Assembly: GCA_017961325.1 (NCBI GenBank)
Contig: JAGCXM010000015.1
Location: 9,408 to 73,407, forward strand
Direction of reading: 5' to 3'
Length of the DNA: 64,000 nt
From: a bacterium
GTDB taxonomy: Bacteria > UBP6 > UBA1177
Shown: positions 1 to 9,961 of the stretch, piece by piece
Layout: each line of letters starts with the position of its first letter
Numbering within the stretch: the stretch's first letter is position 1
Notes under the pieces: generated by a model
What the model was told of the DNA's origin: nothing
Database searches by the model: none
What the model saw: the letters and a program-made list of their open reading frames with translations, nothing else
Position numbers and translations under genes: made by a program

Positions 1-640
1 TTACCCGATAAACGCCATGGGCATAAGCAAGGCGATGATGGAGCACGTCATCTATGCGAACGCAAGAGTCGCTGCGGAACGCGGCGGAACCGTCATCTGC
101 TGCACTCGTTACGGCAACGTTATGTGCTCGCGCGGCTCGGTAATCCCGCTTTTCATCGACCAGATCCATGCGGGAAATCCCATAACTATAACAGATCCGA
201 ATATGACGCGTTTCCTGATGAACCTCGACGAGGCGGTAGAACTTGTCAGATTCGCTTTCGGCCACGCCAATCCGGGTGATCTCTTCATTCAGAAGGCGGA
301 TGCGTCGACAATCGGAGACCTGGCAAAAGCTGTGCAGAAACTTTTCGGAGACACCGGAACGAACATTATCGGAACGCGCCACGGCGAAAAACTTTACGAA
401 ACCCTCATGACGAGAGAAGAAAGGCTCCGTTCGGAAGATATGGGAAAATACTTCCGCGTCGCAGCCGACAACCGCGACCTCAACTACGACAAGTTCTTCG
501 TTCAGGGCGAGGTTCATACGATGGCCGACGAGGCTTACACGAGCCACAACACGACGAGGCTTGATGTCGAAGGAACCGTCGCAAAAATCAAGACTGCCGA
601 CTATGTCAAAGAGGAACTTCAGGGGATCCGCCACAACTAA
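1..640 (+). CDS. C-terminal part of a UDP-GlcNAc 4,6-dehydratase/5-epimerase (CapE/FnlA/WbjB-like); the 5' end lies upstream of the window
   Basis: Conserved RYGNVMCSRGSVIPLF..ITITDPNMTRF motif typical of the CapD/CapE/FnlA polysaccharide dehydratase C-terminus. Followed in operon order by CapF- and CapG-like genes. Confidence 0.7.
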   Translation, partial: YPINAMGISKAMMEHVIYANARVAAERGGTVICCTRYGNVMCSRGSVIPLFIDQIHAGNPITITDPNMTRFLMNLDEAVELVRFAFGHANPGDLFIQKADASTIGDLAKAVQKLFGDTGTNIIGTRHGEKLYETLMTREERLRSEDMGKYFRVAADNRDLNYDKFFVQGEVHTMADEAYTSHNTTRLDVEGTVAKIKTADYVKEELQGIRHN

Positions 641-651
641 AAGAGGCTTCA

Positions 652-1893
652 ATGAACGTGCTCGTTACCGGTGCGGCTGGTTTCGCAGGCCGCAATCTTG
701 TTGAAAATCTCAAAAACATCCGCGACGGCAAAAACAGGACGAGACCGGCCCTTTCGATAAGTGAAATTTTTGAATACGACCTCGGAAACACCGCGGAAGA
801 GCTTGACGAATGGTGCAAAAAAGCAGATTTCGTCTTCAATTTAGCCGGCGTAAACAGACCGAAAGACCCGAAGGAATTCAGAGAAGGGAATTTCGGTTTC
901 GCTTCGACCCTGCTCGATACGCTGAAAAAGCATGCAAACCCGGCTCCGGTCATGCTTTCGAGTTCCATCCAGGCGACTCTTGCCGGGCGTTTCGGAACTT
1001 CGGAATACGGTCTCAGCAAAAAGGCGGGCGAAGAACTTTTCTTCGATTACGCAAAAGAAACCGGCACTCAGGTTTTCGTCTACCGCTTTCCGAACCTCGT
1101 CGGAAAATGGGTGAGACCGAACTACAACAGCGCGGTCGGCACATTCTGCCACAACATTGCGAACGGTCTTCCGATAACGGTGAACGATCCGGACGTAGTG
1201 CTCGAAATGCTTTTCATAGACGATCTGATCGATGAAATGCTCGATGCGATGGAAGGTCATCCGCACAGATGCGACTATCCCACAGCGGGCGAAATCGTTG
1301 ACGGCGTCGAATCCGACGGCCTCACTCCGCTCTGGAGAGACTGCGGCAGATACTGCGGCGCAAAAATCACGCACAAGGCGACTCTGGGTTACATAGTCGA
1401 GTGTCTGAACCGCTTCCGTGACCAGCCGAAAACGCTGATGATGCCAGATATCGCTCCGAACAGTTTCGAAAAAAAGCTCTATTCGATGTATCTTTCGTAT
1501 CTTCCGAAAGAAAAGATTGCTTTCGACCTCAAAATGAACTGCGATGAAAGAGGTTCTTTCACCGAAATAATGAAGACTTTCAATCACGGTCAGTTTTCAG
1601 TAAACATCAGCAGACCCGGCATAACGAAAGGGGAACACTGGCACAACACGAAGTGGGAGTTCTTCATCGTCGTGAGCGGTCACGGCCTCATTCAGGAACG
1701 CAGGATCGGAAGCGGCGAAGTGATCGAATTCGAGGTGAGCGGCGAAAAGATCCAAGCAGTCCACATGCTTCCGGGATACACTCACAACATAATCAACCTT
1801 TCCGAAACCGAAAATCTAGTCACGCTGATGTGGGCGAACGAGACTTTTGACCCGGATCACCCCGACACATTTTTTGAGAAAGTCGTGAAATAG
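652..1893 (+). CDS. CapF/FnlB/WbjC-like bifunctional reductase/epimerase (N-terminal NAD-binding SDR domain plus C-terminal cupin)
   Basis: N-terminal VLVTGAAGFAG Rossmann motif. C-terminal HWHNTKWEFFIVVSGHG cupin signature. Sits between the FnlA-like and the 2-epimerase genes. Confidence 0.65.
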   Translation: MNVLVTGAAGFAGRNLVENLKNIRDGKNRTRPALSISEIFEYDLGNTAEELDEWCKKADFVFNLAGVNRPKDPKEFREGNFGFASTLLDTLKKHANPAPVMLSSSIQATLAGRFGTSEYGLSKKAGEELFFDYAKETGTQVFVYRFPNLVGKWVRPNYNSAVGTFCHNIANGLPITVNDPDVVLEMLFIDDLIDEMLDAMEGHPHRCDYPTAGEIVDGVESDGLTPLWRDCGRYCGAKITHKATLGYIVECLNRFRDQPKTLMMPDIAPNSFEKKLYSMYLSYLPKEKIAFDLKMNCDERGSFTEIMKTFNHGQFSVNISRPGITKGEHWHNTKWEFFIVVSGHGLIQERRIGSGEVIEFEVSGEKIQAVHMLPGYTHNIINLSETENLVTLMWANETFDPDHPDTFFEKVVK

Positions 1894-1902
1894 GAGAAAA
1901 GA

Positions 1903-3069
1903 ATGACCAGCTGGAAAAACAACGGAAAACTGAAACTTCTGATAATCGTAGGTACGAGGCCCGAGATCATCCGCCTTGCCGCAGTCATCAAAAAGTGCAG
2001 GAAGTATTTCGATACGATCCTAGCCCACACCGGTCAGAACTACGACTACAACTTAAACGGCGTCTTTTTTCACGACCTCGAACTTGACGATCCGGAAGTC
2101 TACATGGATGCTGTCGGCGAAAACCTCGGTCAGACTATGGGAAACATCATCGCGAAAAGCTATGAGCTTATGGTTGAACTAATGCCTGATGCGGTTTTGG
2201 TGCTCGGTGACACCAACAGCTGTCTTTCGGTCATCGGCGCAAAACGGCTGCACATCCCGATATTCCACATGGAGGCAGGCAACCGCTGCAAGGACGAATG
2301 CCTTCCCGAAGAGACGAACCGCCGCATCGTCGATATAATTTCCGATGTCAACATGGCTTATTCCGAACATGCCCGCAGATACCTCGCCGACTGCGGTCTG
2401 CCGAAGGAACGCACCTACGTCACCGGTTCCCCTATGGCTGAAGTCCTTCACACGAATCTTGAAAGAATCGAAGCTTCCGGCATTCACGAAAAACTCGGTC
2501 TCGAAAAAGGGAAATACATCCTTCTTTCCGCTCACAGAGAGGAGAATATCGATACCGAAAAAAATTTCACAAGCCTTTTTAACGCGATAAACGCTATGGC
2601 TGAAAAATACGGCATGCCGGTTCTTTACAGCTGCCACCCGAGAAGCCGCAAAAGACTGGAGGCAAGCGGATTCAAGCTCGACAGGCGTGTCATTCGGCAT
2701 GATCCTCTCGGTTTTCACGACTACAACTGCCTGCAGATGAACGCATTCTGCGTCGTCTCCGATTCCGGAACTCTTCCCGAAGAAAGCAGTTTCTTCGCTT
2801 CGGTCGGACATCCATTCCCCGCAGTCTGCATCAGGACTTCGACGGAACGCCCCGAAGCGCTCGACAAAGCGTGCTTCATCCTCTCCGGCATTGACACTCC
2901 CGGACTTTTGCAGGCGGTCGACACCGCAGTCGAAATGGTGAAAAGCGAGCTGAACGGCGGCGCGGTTCCAGTTCCCGACTATACCGACGAAAACGTCTCC
3001 GACAAAGTCGTCAAAATCATCCAGAGCTATACCGGCATCGTGAACAGAACCGTTTGGAAAAAATCATAA
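1903..3069 (+). CDS. UDP-N-acetylglucosamine 2-epimerase, non-hydrolysing (CapG/FnlC/WecB family)
   Basis: LLIIVGTRPEIIRLAAVI, VLGDTNS, HMEAGNRC motifs of the WecB family. An RBS (GGAGAAAAG) precedes the ATG. Confidence 0.8.
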   Translation: MTSWKNNGKLKLLIIVGTRPEIIRLAAVIKKCRKYFDTILAHTGQNYDYNLNGVFFHDLELDDPEVYMDAVGENLGQTMGNIIAKSYELMVELMPDAVLVLGDTNSCLSVIGAKRLHIPIFHMEAGNRCKDECLPEETNRRIVDIISDVNMAYSEHARRYLADCGLPKERTYVTGSPMAEVLHTNLERIEASGIHEKLGLEKGKYILLSAHREENIDTEKNFTSLFNAINAMAEKYGMPVLYSCHPRSRKRLEASGFKLDRRVIRHDPLGFHDYNCLQMNAFCVVSDSGTLPEESSFFASVGHPFPAVCIRTSTERPEALDKACFILSGIDTPGLLQAVDTAVEMVKSELNGGAVPVPDYTDENVSDKVVKIIQSYTGIVNRTVWKKS

Positions 3070-3125
3070 CGCCGGCTTTCCAGCACCTGAACCTTGTTAT
3101 TTATTGACTTTAACTGTAATTTTAA

Positions 3126-3160
3126 TATGTTTCACGCGCGAAATTTGAGGATTGAAATAG
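3126..3160 (+). promoter_or_regulatory. Possible internal sigma-70-like promoter upstream of the tagD-like gene
   Basis: TTGACT, then about a 15-17 nt spacer, then an A/T-rich -10-like element (TTTTAATAT) in the 100-nt gap. Weak support. Confidence 0.25.
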
Positions 3161-3169
3161 AGGAAAATC

Positions 3170-3622
3170 ATGAAACGCGTCATAACTTACGGCACATTTG
3201 ATCTTTTGCATTACGGTCATATCAATCTTCTGCGCCGTGCAAAAGCGTTAGGAGACTATCTGATCGTTGTCATATCAACCGATGAATTCAACTGGAACGC
3301 GAAACACAAAAAATGCTATTTCAATTATGAACAGAGAAAAGCCCTCGTTGAAGCTGTGAGATACGTTGATCTTGTTATTCCTGAAGAAAACTGGGAACAG
3401 AAAAGAAGCGATATGCACGAATATCACATAGATACATTCGTAATGGGTGATGACTGGCAGGGCAAATTCGATTTTCTGAAAGAAGAGGGGGTTGAAGTCG
3501 TTTATCTGCCGAGAACTCCGGAAATCAGCAGCAGTCAGATCAAAAAAGACCTGTACGATGCAAATGCAGTTGACGGCGAAAGCAAAGTGAACCACGATGA
3601 CATTGATACGGATCCCAAATAA
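3170..3622 (+). CDS. tagD: Glycerol-3-phosphate cytidylyltransferase-like (TagD/TarD family cytidylyltransferase)
   Basis: GTFDLLHYGHINLLRRAK (the HxGH nucleotidyltransferase motif). Length of about 150 aa is typical for TagD. Confidence 0.75.
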   Translation: MKRVITYGTFDLLHYGHINLLRRAKALGDYLIVVISTDEFNWNAKHKKCYFNYEQRKALVEAVRYVDLVIPEENWEQKRSDMHEYHIDTFVMGDDWQGKFDFLKEEGVEVVYLPRTPEISSSQIKKDLYDANAVDGESKVNHDDIDTDPK

Positions 3623-4404
3623 TGGAGACACTTAACGGCAACAAAAATAACGCACATCATCCGATGATTTCGGTTGTAATGCCCAATTATAACGGAATAC
3701 GATTCGTTGAAGACGCTCTAAAAAGCGTACTGAACCAGACTTACAAAAACTTGGAACTGATTGTAGTTGATGACTGCTCGACAGACAATTCGCCTGACAT
3801 CATTGAGAAATTTGCACAAAACGACGGACGCATAAAACTGTTCAGACAAAAAAACAACAGCGGTGTCGCCGCAGCACGAAATACCGCCGTTCAAATGGCC
3901 GCAGGCAAATACACGGCCCTTATTGACAACGACGACATCTGGGAACCGGACAAATTGGAACGACAGCTGGCTCTGGCCGAGAACGGTGCTGACATAGTCT
4001 ACTCTTCCTACGACTTTACGGATGAAAACGGGAAAAGCGTAAAACGTCCCTTCATAGTGCCGGAAGAAGCGACTTTCCGTTCGATGCTTACCTCCAACTT
4101 CATAGGCTGTTCAACGGCGTTTGTAAGGTCGGATCTTATGAAAAGCCATCCGTTCAATGCAGATTACTATCATGAAGACTACGTTTTATGGATGGAGCTG
4201 CTGAAACTGCCGGTAAAGGCCGTCGGAGACAAAAAAGTGCTGATGCATTACCGGCTGGTTGCAGGATCAAGGTCGAACAAAAAGGCAAACGCAGCCAAAG
4301 AACGCTGGAACACCTACAGAAAAGCACTGGGGCTGAACGTTTTTCAGAGTGCGCTTGCATTTGCAGGCTATGCTGTTAAAGGATTGCTGAAATACTACTT
4401 CTGA
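3622..4404 (+). CDS. Family 2 glycosyltransferase
   Basis: ISVVMPNYNG...YKNLELIVVDDCSTDNS...LIDNDD (GT2 DXD-type motifs). ATGA overlap with the tagD stop. Confidence 0.75.
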   Translation: METLNGNKNNAHHPMISVVMPNYNGIRFVEDALKSVLNQTYKNLELIVVDDCSTDNSPDIIEKFAQNDGRIKLFRQKNNSGVAAARNTAVQMAAGKYTALIDNDDIWEPDKLERQLALAENGADIVYSSYDFTDENGKSVKRPFIVPEEATFRSMLTSNFIGCSTAFVRSDLMKSHPFNADYYHEDYVLWMELLKLPVKAVGDKKVLMHYRLVAGSRSNKKANAAKERWNTYRKALGLNVFQSALAFAGYAVKGLLKYYF

Positions 4405-4412
4405 GGAATCTT

Positions 4413-5246
4413 ATGGAAAAGTCTCAAAACGGAAAACTGAAATCGAAACTGCTTGAAATGATGGAATGGTTTCATTCGTTCTGTGTAAAAAACAATATCC
4501 GTTACTATGTTCTCGGCGGAACGATGCTGGGTGCCGTGCGGCATCAGGGATTCATACCGTGGGATGACGATATCGATGTCGGGATTCCAAGCGAAGACTA
4601 TGTCAAATTGAACGAACTGTTCCTCAATTCCGGACAATCCAAATATCTCTTCGAGTCTCCGGAAACAGATGCCGACGATTTCTTTTACAGTTTTTCCAAA
4701 CTATACGACACTGCAACGACACTGATAGAAAATACGAGATGCAAAATAAAACGCGGAATCTATATCGATATCTTTCCTTTGGCGGGAATGGGTAACGATG
4801 AAAGGGAAAGTTCTTCGCGATTCCGAATGATTGACAATAAATTCAAATATCTTCTCGCCAGGAGTACGGGAATACGCAAAGGAAGAAGTTTCTATAAAAA
4901 TATGGTCGTAAATTTAGTCGGAATGATTCCGGATTTCATTTCCAAGGATAAAGCAAGGCTGCTGGAACTAAACCGTCTGGCAGGCGAAAGACCTTTTTTT
5001 GAATATAAAATCGGCGGGAATCCCTTCGGAGCATGGCGCGACAAAGAGATAATGGAGAGTTCGATCATGGGGAAACCTGTCCTGTATAATTTCGAACATA
5101 TTAAGGTATTCGGCGCAGAAAAAGCCGATGAATATTTAACCCACCTGTATGGAAACTGGAGAGAACTTCCTCCGGTTGAGAAACGGATGTCCCACCACGA
5201 CTACATCATGTTAGATCTGGAAACACCATACATACAGAACAGATAA
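4413..5246 (+). CDS. LicD-family phosphotransferase (transfers a phospho-alcohol from a CDP donor)
   Basis: YYVLGGTMLGAVRHQGFIPWDDDIDVGIP is the LicD/fukutin-family signature. Confidence 0.7.
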   Translation: MEKSQNGKLKSKLLEMMEWFHSFCVKNNIRYYVLGGTMLGAVRHQGFIPWDDDIDVGIPSEDYVKLNELFLNSGQSKYLFESPETDADDFFYSFSKLYDTATTLIENTRCKIKRGIYIDIFPLAGMGNDERESSSRFRMIDNKFKYLLARSTGIRKGRSFYKNMVVNLVGMIPDFISKDKARLLELNRLAGERPFFEYKIGGNPFGAWRDKEIMESSIMGKPVLYNFEHIKVFGAEKADEYLTHLYGNWRELPPVEKRMSHHDYIMLDLETPYIQNR

Positions 5247-5269
5247 TTTATGATTTCCGGTAAAAATGC

Positions 5270-6184
5270 ATGGTAAATCTGGAATTGGAAATATCGAAAG
5301 ATTTTTTTGAGAAAGAAATCAGAAATAACTTTCCTGTAACCGAAGAAAGAAAGCAGATTTGGGCCGTAGAGCTGGATTTGCTTAACAAATTCGATTCAGT
5401 ATGCAAGAACCACAGCCTAAACTACTGCGTCGGCGCGGGAACCATGCTTGGAGCGGTGCGTCACAAAGGCTTTATCCCGTGGGATGACGACATAGACGTT
5501 TATATGCTGAGAGAAGATTACGACAGGTTTTGTCTGCTTCATGAAGAATTCAAGCATCCCTATTTTCTACAGAATGCATACAGCGAACCCAATATGCTGA
5601 AATCGTTCGTAAGGCTCAGGAACAGCTGCACAACGGGCTGCACGACTCAAGATATTCACAAACGGATCAACAAGGGGATTTTTATCGATATTTTTCCTAT
5701 TGACGGTGTTTCCGACAATGTCATACTTGATAAAATTCAAAAATTCGAAGTTTTCTGGTTGAAAAAGCTGTACTCGTTATACAACAGAAGCAGAATACCG
5801 CTCTACGGCAGTTTCTTTAGCAAGATATTCCAATTCGCAGTAATCGTATCAGGCAAATTATTTATCCGTGACCGCCTTAAACTCTTTGAAACCGGCGAAA
5901 AAGTCACAAAAAGGTATTCAAAACCGGATACGCTTTTTTGGGGCAACCGTTCCATAAATTTTGACTGTCCGAAATCCAGAAGACCTCTGAGCGATTATCA
6001 GAACGTGGTCCTCATGCCTTTCGAGATGCTCGAAGTCCCCGTGCCGAGCAATTACGATGCAATGCTTTCGCAACAATACGGCGATTACATGAAAATTCCT
6101 AAGAACAAAAATGAAAATTTACACGGAAAACTTATAATTTCCACCGAATGTGATTTTGATAATTTAATGAAGAGAGCAAAATGA
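5270..6184 (+). CDS. Second LicD-family phosphotransferase (paralogue)
   Basis: YCVGAGTMLGAVRHKGFIPWDDDIDVYM LicD signature. Confidence 0.7.
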   Translation: MVNLELEISKDFFEKEIRNNFPVTEERKQIWAVELDLLNKFDSVCKNHSLNYCVGAGTMLGAVRHKGFIPWDDDIDVYMLREDYDRFCLLHEEFKHPYFLQNAYSEPNMLKSFVRLRNSCTTGCTTQDIHKRINKGIFIDIFPIDGVSDNVILDKIQKFEVFWLKKLYSLYNRSRIPLYGSFFSKIFQFAVIVSGKLFIRDRLKLFETGEKVTKRYSKPDTLFWGNRSINFDCPKSRRPLSDYQNVVLMPFEMLEVPVPSNYDAMLSQQYGDYMKIPKNKNENLHGKLIISTECDFDNLMKRAK

Positions 6185-7911
6185 TTTACGCGGCAATACT
6201 AGCGGGAGGAATCGGAAAACGTATAGAACGCCATTCCATTCCGAAACAGTTCATTACAATCGGCGGAACACCGATTATCGTTCTGACGATTCGGGAATTT
6301 CTAAAAAATCAGAGATTCGACAAATACTACATCGCAATACATCCTGACTGGAAAAATTACCTGAAAGAGCTGCTGACCGCTTCGTTCACGGCTGAGGAAT
6401 GTGCAAGAATCGAAATTGTCAACGGAGGCAGGGAACGCCTTGATTCATTCTCCAACGTTATGAACGCCGTAGTCGAAGAACACGGTTTGAATACGAAAGA
6501 CATTCTGGTTTGTCACGATTCCGTCCGTCCGTTCGTAACCCGGCAGATGATAAACGACTGCATCGACGCGACTCTGGAGCATAACTTTGCTCTAACGGTA
6601 ATCCCTACCACCGACACCATACATGTCGCGCATGACACTGAATTTATTGACGGAACACTGGAAAGAAACGGTTTATACAACGGTCAGAATCCTTCAGGCT
6701 TCAACATCGCATTGCTGAAATCTGCTCTCGACAGCTTTACGGAGGAGGCTAAAAAAAGCGTAACCGGAACGACACAGCTTATTTTAAAACTCGGTTACAG
6801 AATCAAAATCGTAAAAGGTCACGCCAGCAACTTCAAAATTACAACGGACAACGATCTGGATATCGCAGACCGCTATCTCAGATCGAAACCCAAAACCAGA
6901 AAAATCGAATTAGTTGACGTCACGCTCCGCGACGGCGGAATCGTTGTCAATTTCGATTACGGTACTGAGCGCATGCGAAAAATAAAAGAAACGCTGGAAG
7001 CATCCGGCGTTGAATATATCGAAACCGGCTATATAGACGAAAAGAAGGGAAGCCAGGAAGGACGCACGTGCTTCGACAGCGAAATTTCAATCGAAAAGAC
7101 CCTGCTTTCCGGCGGGAAAAAACCTGACGTCACATATTTTGCCATGATCGATTACGGCACTTTCGACGTCAATAAACTGCATCCGAGAACGCCGGACGGC
7201 ATAGACGGCATCCGCCTTGCGTTCCATAAGGAAAAATGGGAACAATCGGTCGAATGGGGCAGAATCATTCTGGCAAAAGGCTATGATCTTTACATCCAGC
7301 CGATGGTCAGCATGAGATACAGCGATGAAGAGTACCGTCATCTGATACAGGTATGCAACAACGAACTTGCCGGAGCAAAAGGCTTCTACGTGGTTGACAG
7401 TTTCGGACAAATGGACAATGCCGCACTGATTCACAAACTTGAAATAGCCGATCAATATGTGGATCTCTCGATGAAACTCGGTTTCCATGCTCACAACAAC
7501 CGGCAGATGGCATATTCAAACGCTCTCTCCTTCGTCGAATTCAACTCCCGTCACGACATGATGCTTGACGCAAGTATCATGGGCATGGGCAAAGGTGCAG
7601 GGAATCTCTGCACGGAACTGATAGAACAGACCCTGATCAATGAAGGGAAAAACTATGATTCGACCGTACTTTATGATGCCATTTCCGAATATTTCGCAGA
7701 ACAGCAGAAAAAAACGCCCTGGGGTTACAGCCTTGATTACTACCTTTCGTCGCTTTACTGCTGCACTCCGAGCTATATCAAGATTTTCACGGCCGACAAA
7801 CGCGTGACGACAGACGTTTTGATAGATTTGCTCAAAAACATGCCTGACGGAAAAAGAGCCGCTTGCGACAGAACGTTTGCGGCAGAATATTTAAGGAAAT
7901 ATTTTGAATGA
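6181..7911 (+). CDS. Fusion protein: N-terminal IspD/TarI-like cytidylyltransferase plus C-terminal HMGL-like (DRE-TIM metallolyase/aldolase) domain
   Basis: N-terminus IYAAILAGGIGKRI (IspD/TarI nucleotidyltransferase P-loop). C-terminus starts LVDVTLRDGG (TIM-barrel HMGL-like/pyruvate carboxyltransferase-type motif). 576 aa. Confidence 0.55.
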   Translation: MIYAAILAGGIGKRIERHSIPKQFITIGGTPIIVLTIREFLKNQRFDKYYIAIHPDWKNYLKELLTASFTAEECARIEIVNGGRERLDSFSNVMNAVVEEHGLNTKDILVCHDSVRPFVTRQMINDCIDATLEHNFALTVIPTTDTIHVAHDTEFIDGTLERNGLYNGQNPSGFNIALLKSALDSFTEEAKKSVTGTTQLILKLGYRIKIVKGHASNFKITTDNDLDIADRYLRSKPKTRKIELVDVTLRDGGIVVNFDYGTERMRKIKETLEASGVEYIETGYIDEKKGSQEGRTCFDSEISIEKTLLSGGKKPDVTYFAMIDYGTFDVNKLHPRTPDGIDGIRLAFHKEKWEQSVEWGRIILAKGYDLYIQPMVSMRYSDEEYRHLIQVCNNELAGAKGFYVVDSFGQMDNAALIHKLEIADQYVDLSMKLGFHAHNNRQMAYSNALSFVEFNSRHDMMLDASIMGMGKGAGNLCTELIEQTLINEGKNYDSTVLYDAISEYFAEQQKKTPWGYSLDYYLSSLYCCTPSYIKIFTADKRVTTDVLIDLLKNMPDGKRAACDRTFAAEYLRKYFE

Positions 7912-8872
7912 ACAAACAGAATACCGCTATAAGGCACAAATGAAAATATACACGATTTTTGATGATTTTGACGAAAAAGCCGTAAAAACAATAAAGGATG
8001 CCGGCGGAGAGCTGACAGTTCATCCGTACGGAACTCCGCGGCCCGATTCGATTCAAATGAAATCCATTCTGGAAGAATATGACTGCGTTATCATCGGCAC
8101 AACACAGAAGATAACGGAAGAGATGTTTGAGAATATCTCCCTACCCCGTCTGATTGCGACAGCTTCCGTCGGTCTTGATCATATCAAAATCCCCGAAGAC
8201 AAGAAAAGTCTCGTCAGCATCATCAATACGCCGAAAGCAAACGCACAGTCGGTTGCCGAATATACGATGGGATGCGCCCTCTACTGCTGCAAAAGACTAA
8301 CCGAAGGGAACATGCTTTACAGACATGGCAAAAACAATAAAAACCTGTTCCGGAAACCCGAAGATTTATCCGGAAAGATCATGGGAGTCATCGGCGCGGG
8401 AAATATTTCAGTACGCATTATGGAATACGCCAGATTCTTCGGAATGGAAGTTCTCTGTTGGACCAAAACACCGGAAAATCACAAAGATTTAGAGGAAAAA
8501 GGCATCAAGTTCGTCACTCTTGACGCACTCGCCGAAACGGCGGACGTGATTTCAGTGAATCTGCCGAACAATTCGGGTACGCAGCGACTGATTTCCTCCG
8601 GCATTGTCAAAAAAATGAAGGAAACGGCAATTTTCATAAGCGTTTCGAGACTGGAAACCATAGACATCGATGCCTTATTTGAAAAGGCCCTTAAGCATAA
8701 AAGCTTTTACGTCTGTCTCGATCTGGACATAGACGAAGGCGTCATAAAAAAGATTCCGGATCAGCCGAACGTTACGGTCACACCTCATACAGCCGGCGGC
8801 ACCGTCGAGACAAGAAAAAGAATGTTTAGGGAACTTGCCGAACAAATAACTGATATTATTAGAAAAAGTTAA
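7904..8872 (+). CDS. D-isomer-specific 2-hydroxyacid dehydrogenase family, NAD-binding
   Basis: GVIGAGNISVRIMEYARFFGMEV Rossmann motif and overall 2-HADH architecture. ATGA overlap with the upstream gene suggests translational coupling. Confidence 0.65.
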   Translation: MNEQTEYRYKAQMKIYTIFDDFDEKAVKTIKDAGGELTVHPYGTPRPDSIQMKSILEEYDCVIIGTTQKITEEMFENISLPRLIATASVGLDHIKIPEDKKSLVSIINTPKANAQSVAEYTMGCALYCCKRLTEGNMLYRHGKNNKNLFRKPEDLSGKIMGVIGAGNISVRIMEYARFFGMEVLCWTKTPENHKDLEEKGIKFVTLDALAETADVISVNLPNNSGTQRLISSGIVKKMKETAIFISVSRLETIDIDALFEKALKHKSFYVCLDLDIDEGVIKKIPDQPNVTVTPHTAGGTVETRKRMFRELAEQITDIIRKS

Positions 8873-8885
8873 AAGGGAGACTTTC

Positions 8886-9941
8886 ATGTTACTTAAAATA
8901 TACCGAGTTGCCAAAAACATATACCATGAAATAAGCGGAGTGTGGCTTCACAAGTACAAAGTTGACTTGGGAATTCACGACAAATGGTCACTCTTCAAAA
9001 AACTGAAATACAACCGACTCGGTTTTACGAATGAGGATTACCACAACTTCGACCTGAAACACAATGATTACCATGATTACATCAGTTTCCGCGAAAGATG
9101 GCGGCTGGAAAACATCAACGGAAGATTTGCCTATATTCTCGGCGAAAAACTGATGTTCGAGCGTATTTTCGGGAAATTTATCAATGTGCCGCATATAAAC
9201 TTCTGGGTAAAGAACGGCAAATTCATTGATATGGATGCCGGAGAAACAACGGATGTTCTTTCTGTCTTAAAAACAAAAGGAGAACTGATTGCAAAACCTA
9301 CCCGAAGCGTAGGCGGAGGAACCGGAATACACAAAATCGCTTTTAACGGACAAAATTACAGTATAGACGGTAAAGACTGTTCCGAAGACGAACTTGTAAA
9401 AGCCGTTTCATCATGGGAAGAATACATTGTCGTCGATTACATCAAACAGGCGGAATACTCAAGCAAAATATATCCGGAAACAACAAATTCCATAAGAATC
9501 GTTACTGCACGGAGAAAAAGCGGTGATTATGAGTTACTACTGGCTTTTCACCGTTTCGGCTCCGATTTAAGCAGACCGGTTGACAACATCAGCAGCGGCG
9601 GACTCGGTGCTTTTGTTGACATCGACTCAGGATGTTTGGAAAAGGCTAAACGAAAGACTGATCCTAAGATAATGCATTCTGTTCATCCCGATTCTCACGG
9701 GCAGATAGAAGGGGTAGCAATTCCTAATTGGGCTGACATAAAAGAAAAACTTCTGCATGTGCACCGCTGCTTTCCATTTTACGTATTTCTTGCGTGGGAT
9801 GTTGTTGTCGGAGAGAACGGTGAACCGTATATTCTTGAAATAAACCGCGGTTGCGATTTGGGCGTACAGAGAGCAAAACCATTGCGGCATGAAAAATTGG
9901 GCGAATTTATGCGTGAATACGGATTATTGGACAATCGTTAA
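8886..9941 (+). CDS. Sugar-transfer-associated ATP-grasp enzyme (polysaccharide-locus ATP-grasp ligase)
   Basis: Sequence resembles the PF14397-type ATP-grasp family found in glycan loci (IRIVTARRKSGDYELLLAFHRFG...SSGGLGAF). Lies inside the polysaccharide locus. Confidence 0.5.
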   Translation: MLLKIYRVAKNIYHEISGVWLHKYKVDLGIHDKWSLFKKLKYNRLGFTNEDYHNFDLKHNDYHDYISFRERWRLENINGRFAYILGEKLMFERIFGKFINVPHINFWVKNGKFIDMDAGETTDVLSVLKTKGELIAKPTRSVGGGTGIHKIAFNGQNYSIDGKDCSEDELVKAVSSWEEYIVVDYIKQAEYSSKIYPETTNSIRIVTARRKSGDYELLLAFHRFGSDLSRPVDNISSGGLGAFVDIDSGCLEKAKRKTDPKIMHSVHPDSHGQIEGVAIPNWADIKEKLLHVHRCFPFYVFLAWDVVVGENGEPYILEINRGCDLGVQRAKPLRHEKLGEFMREYGLLDNR

Positions 9942-9961
9942 AAACCATAAGGACAGGAAAT

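Noticed and set aside
841-1587. 248-aa ORF antisense to the CapF-like gene
   Set aside because: It lies opposite a conserved SDR/cupin gene and is a shadow ORF.
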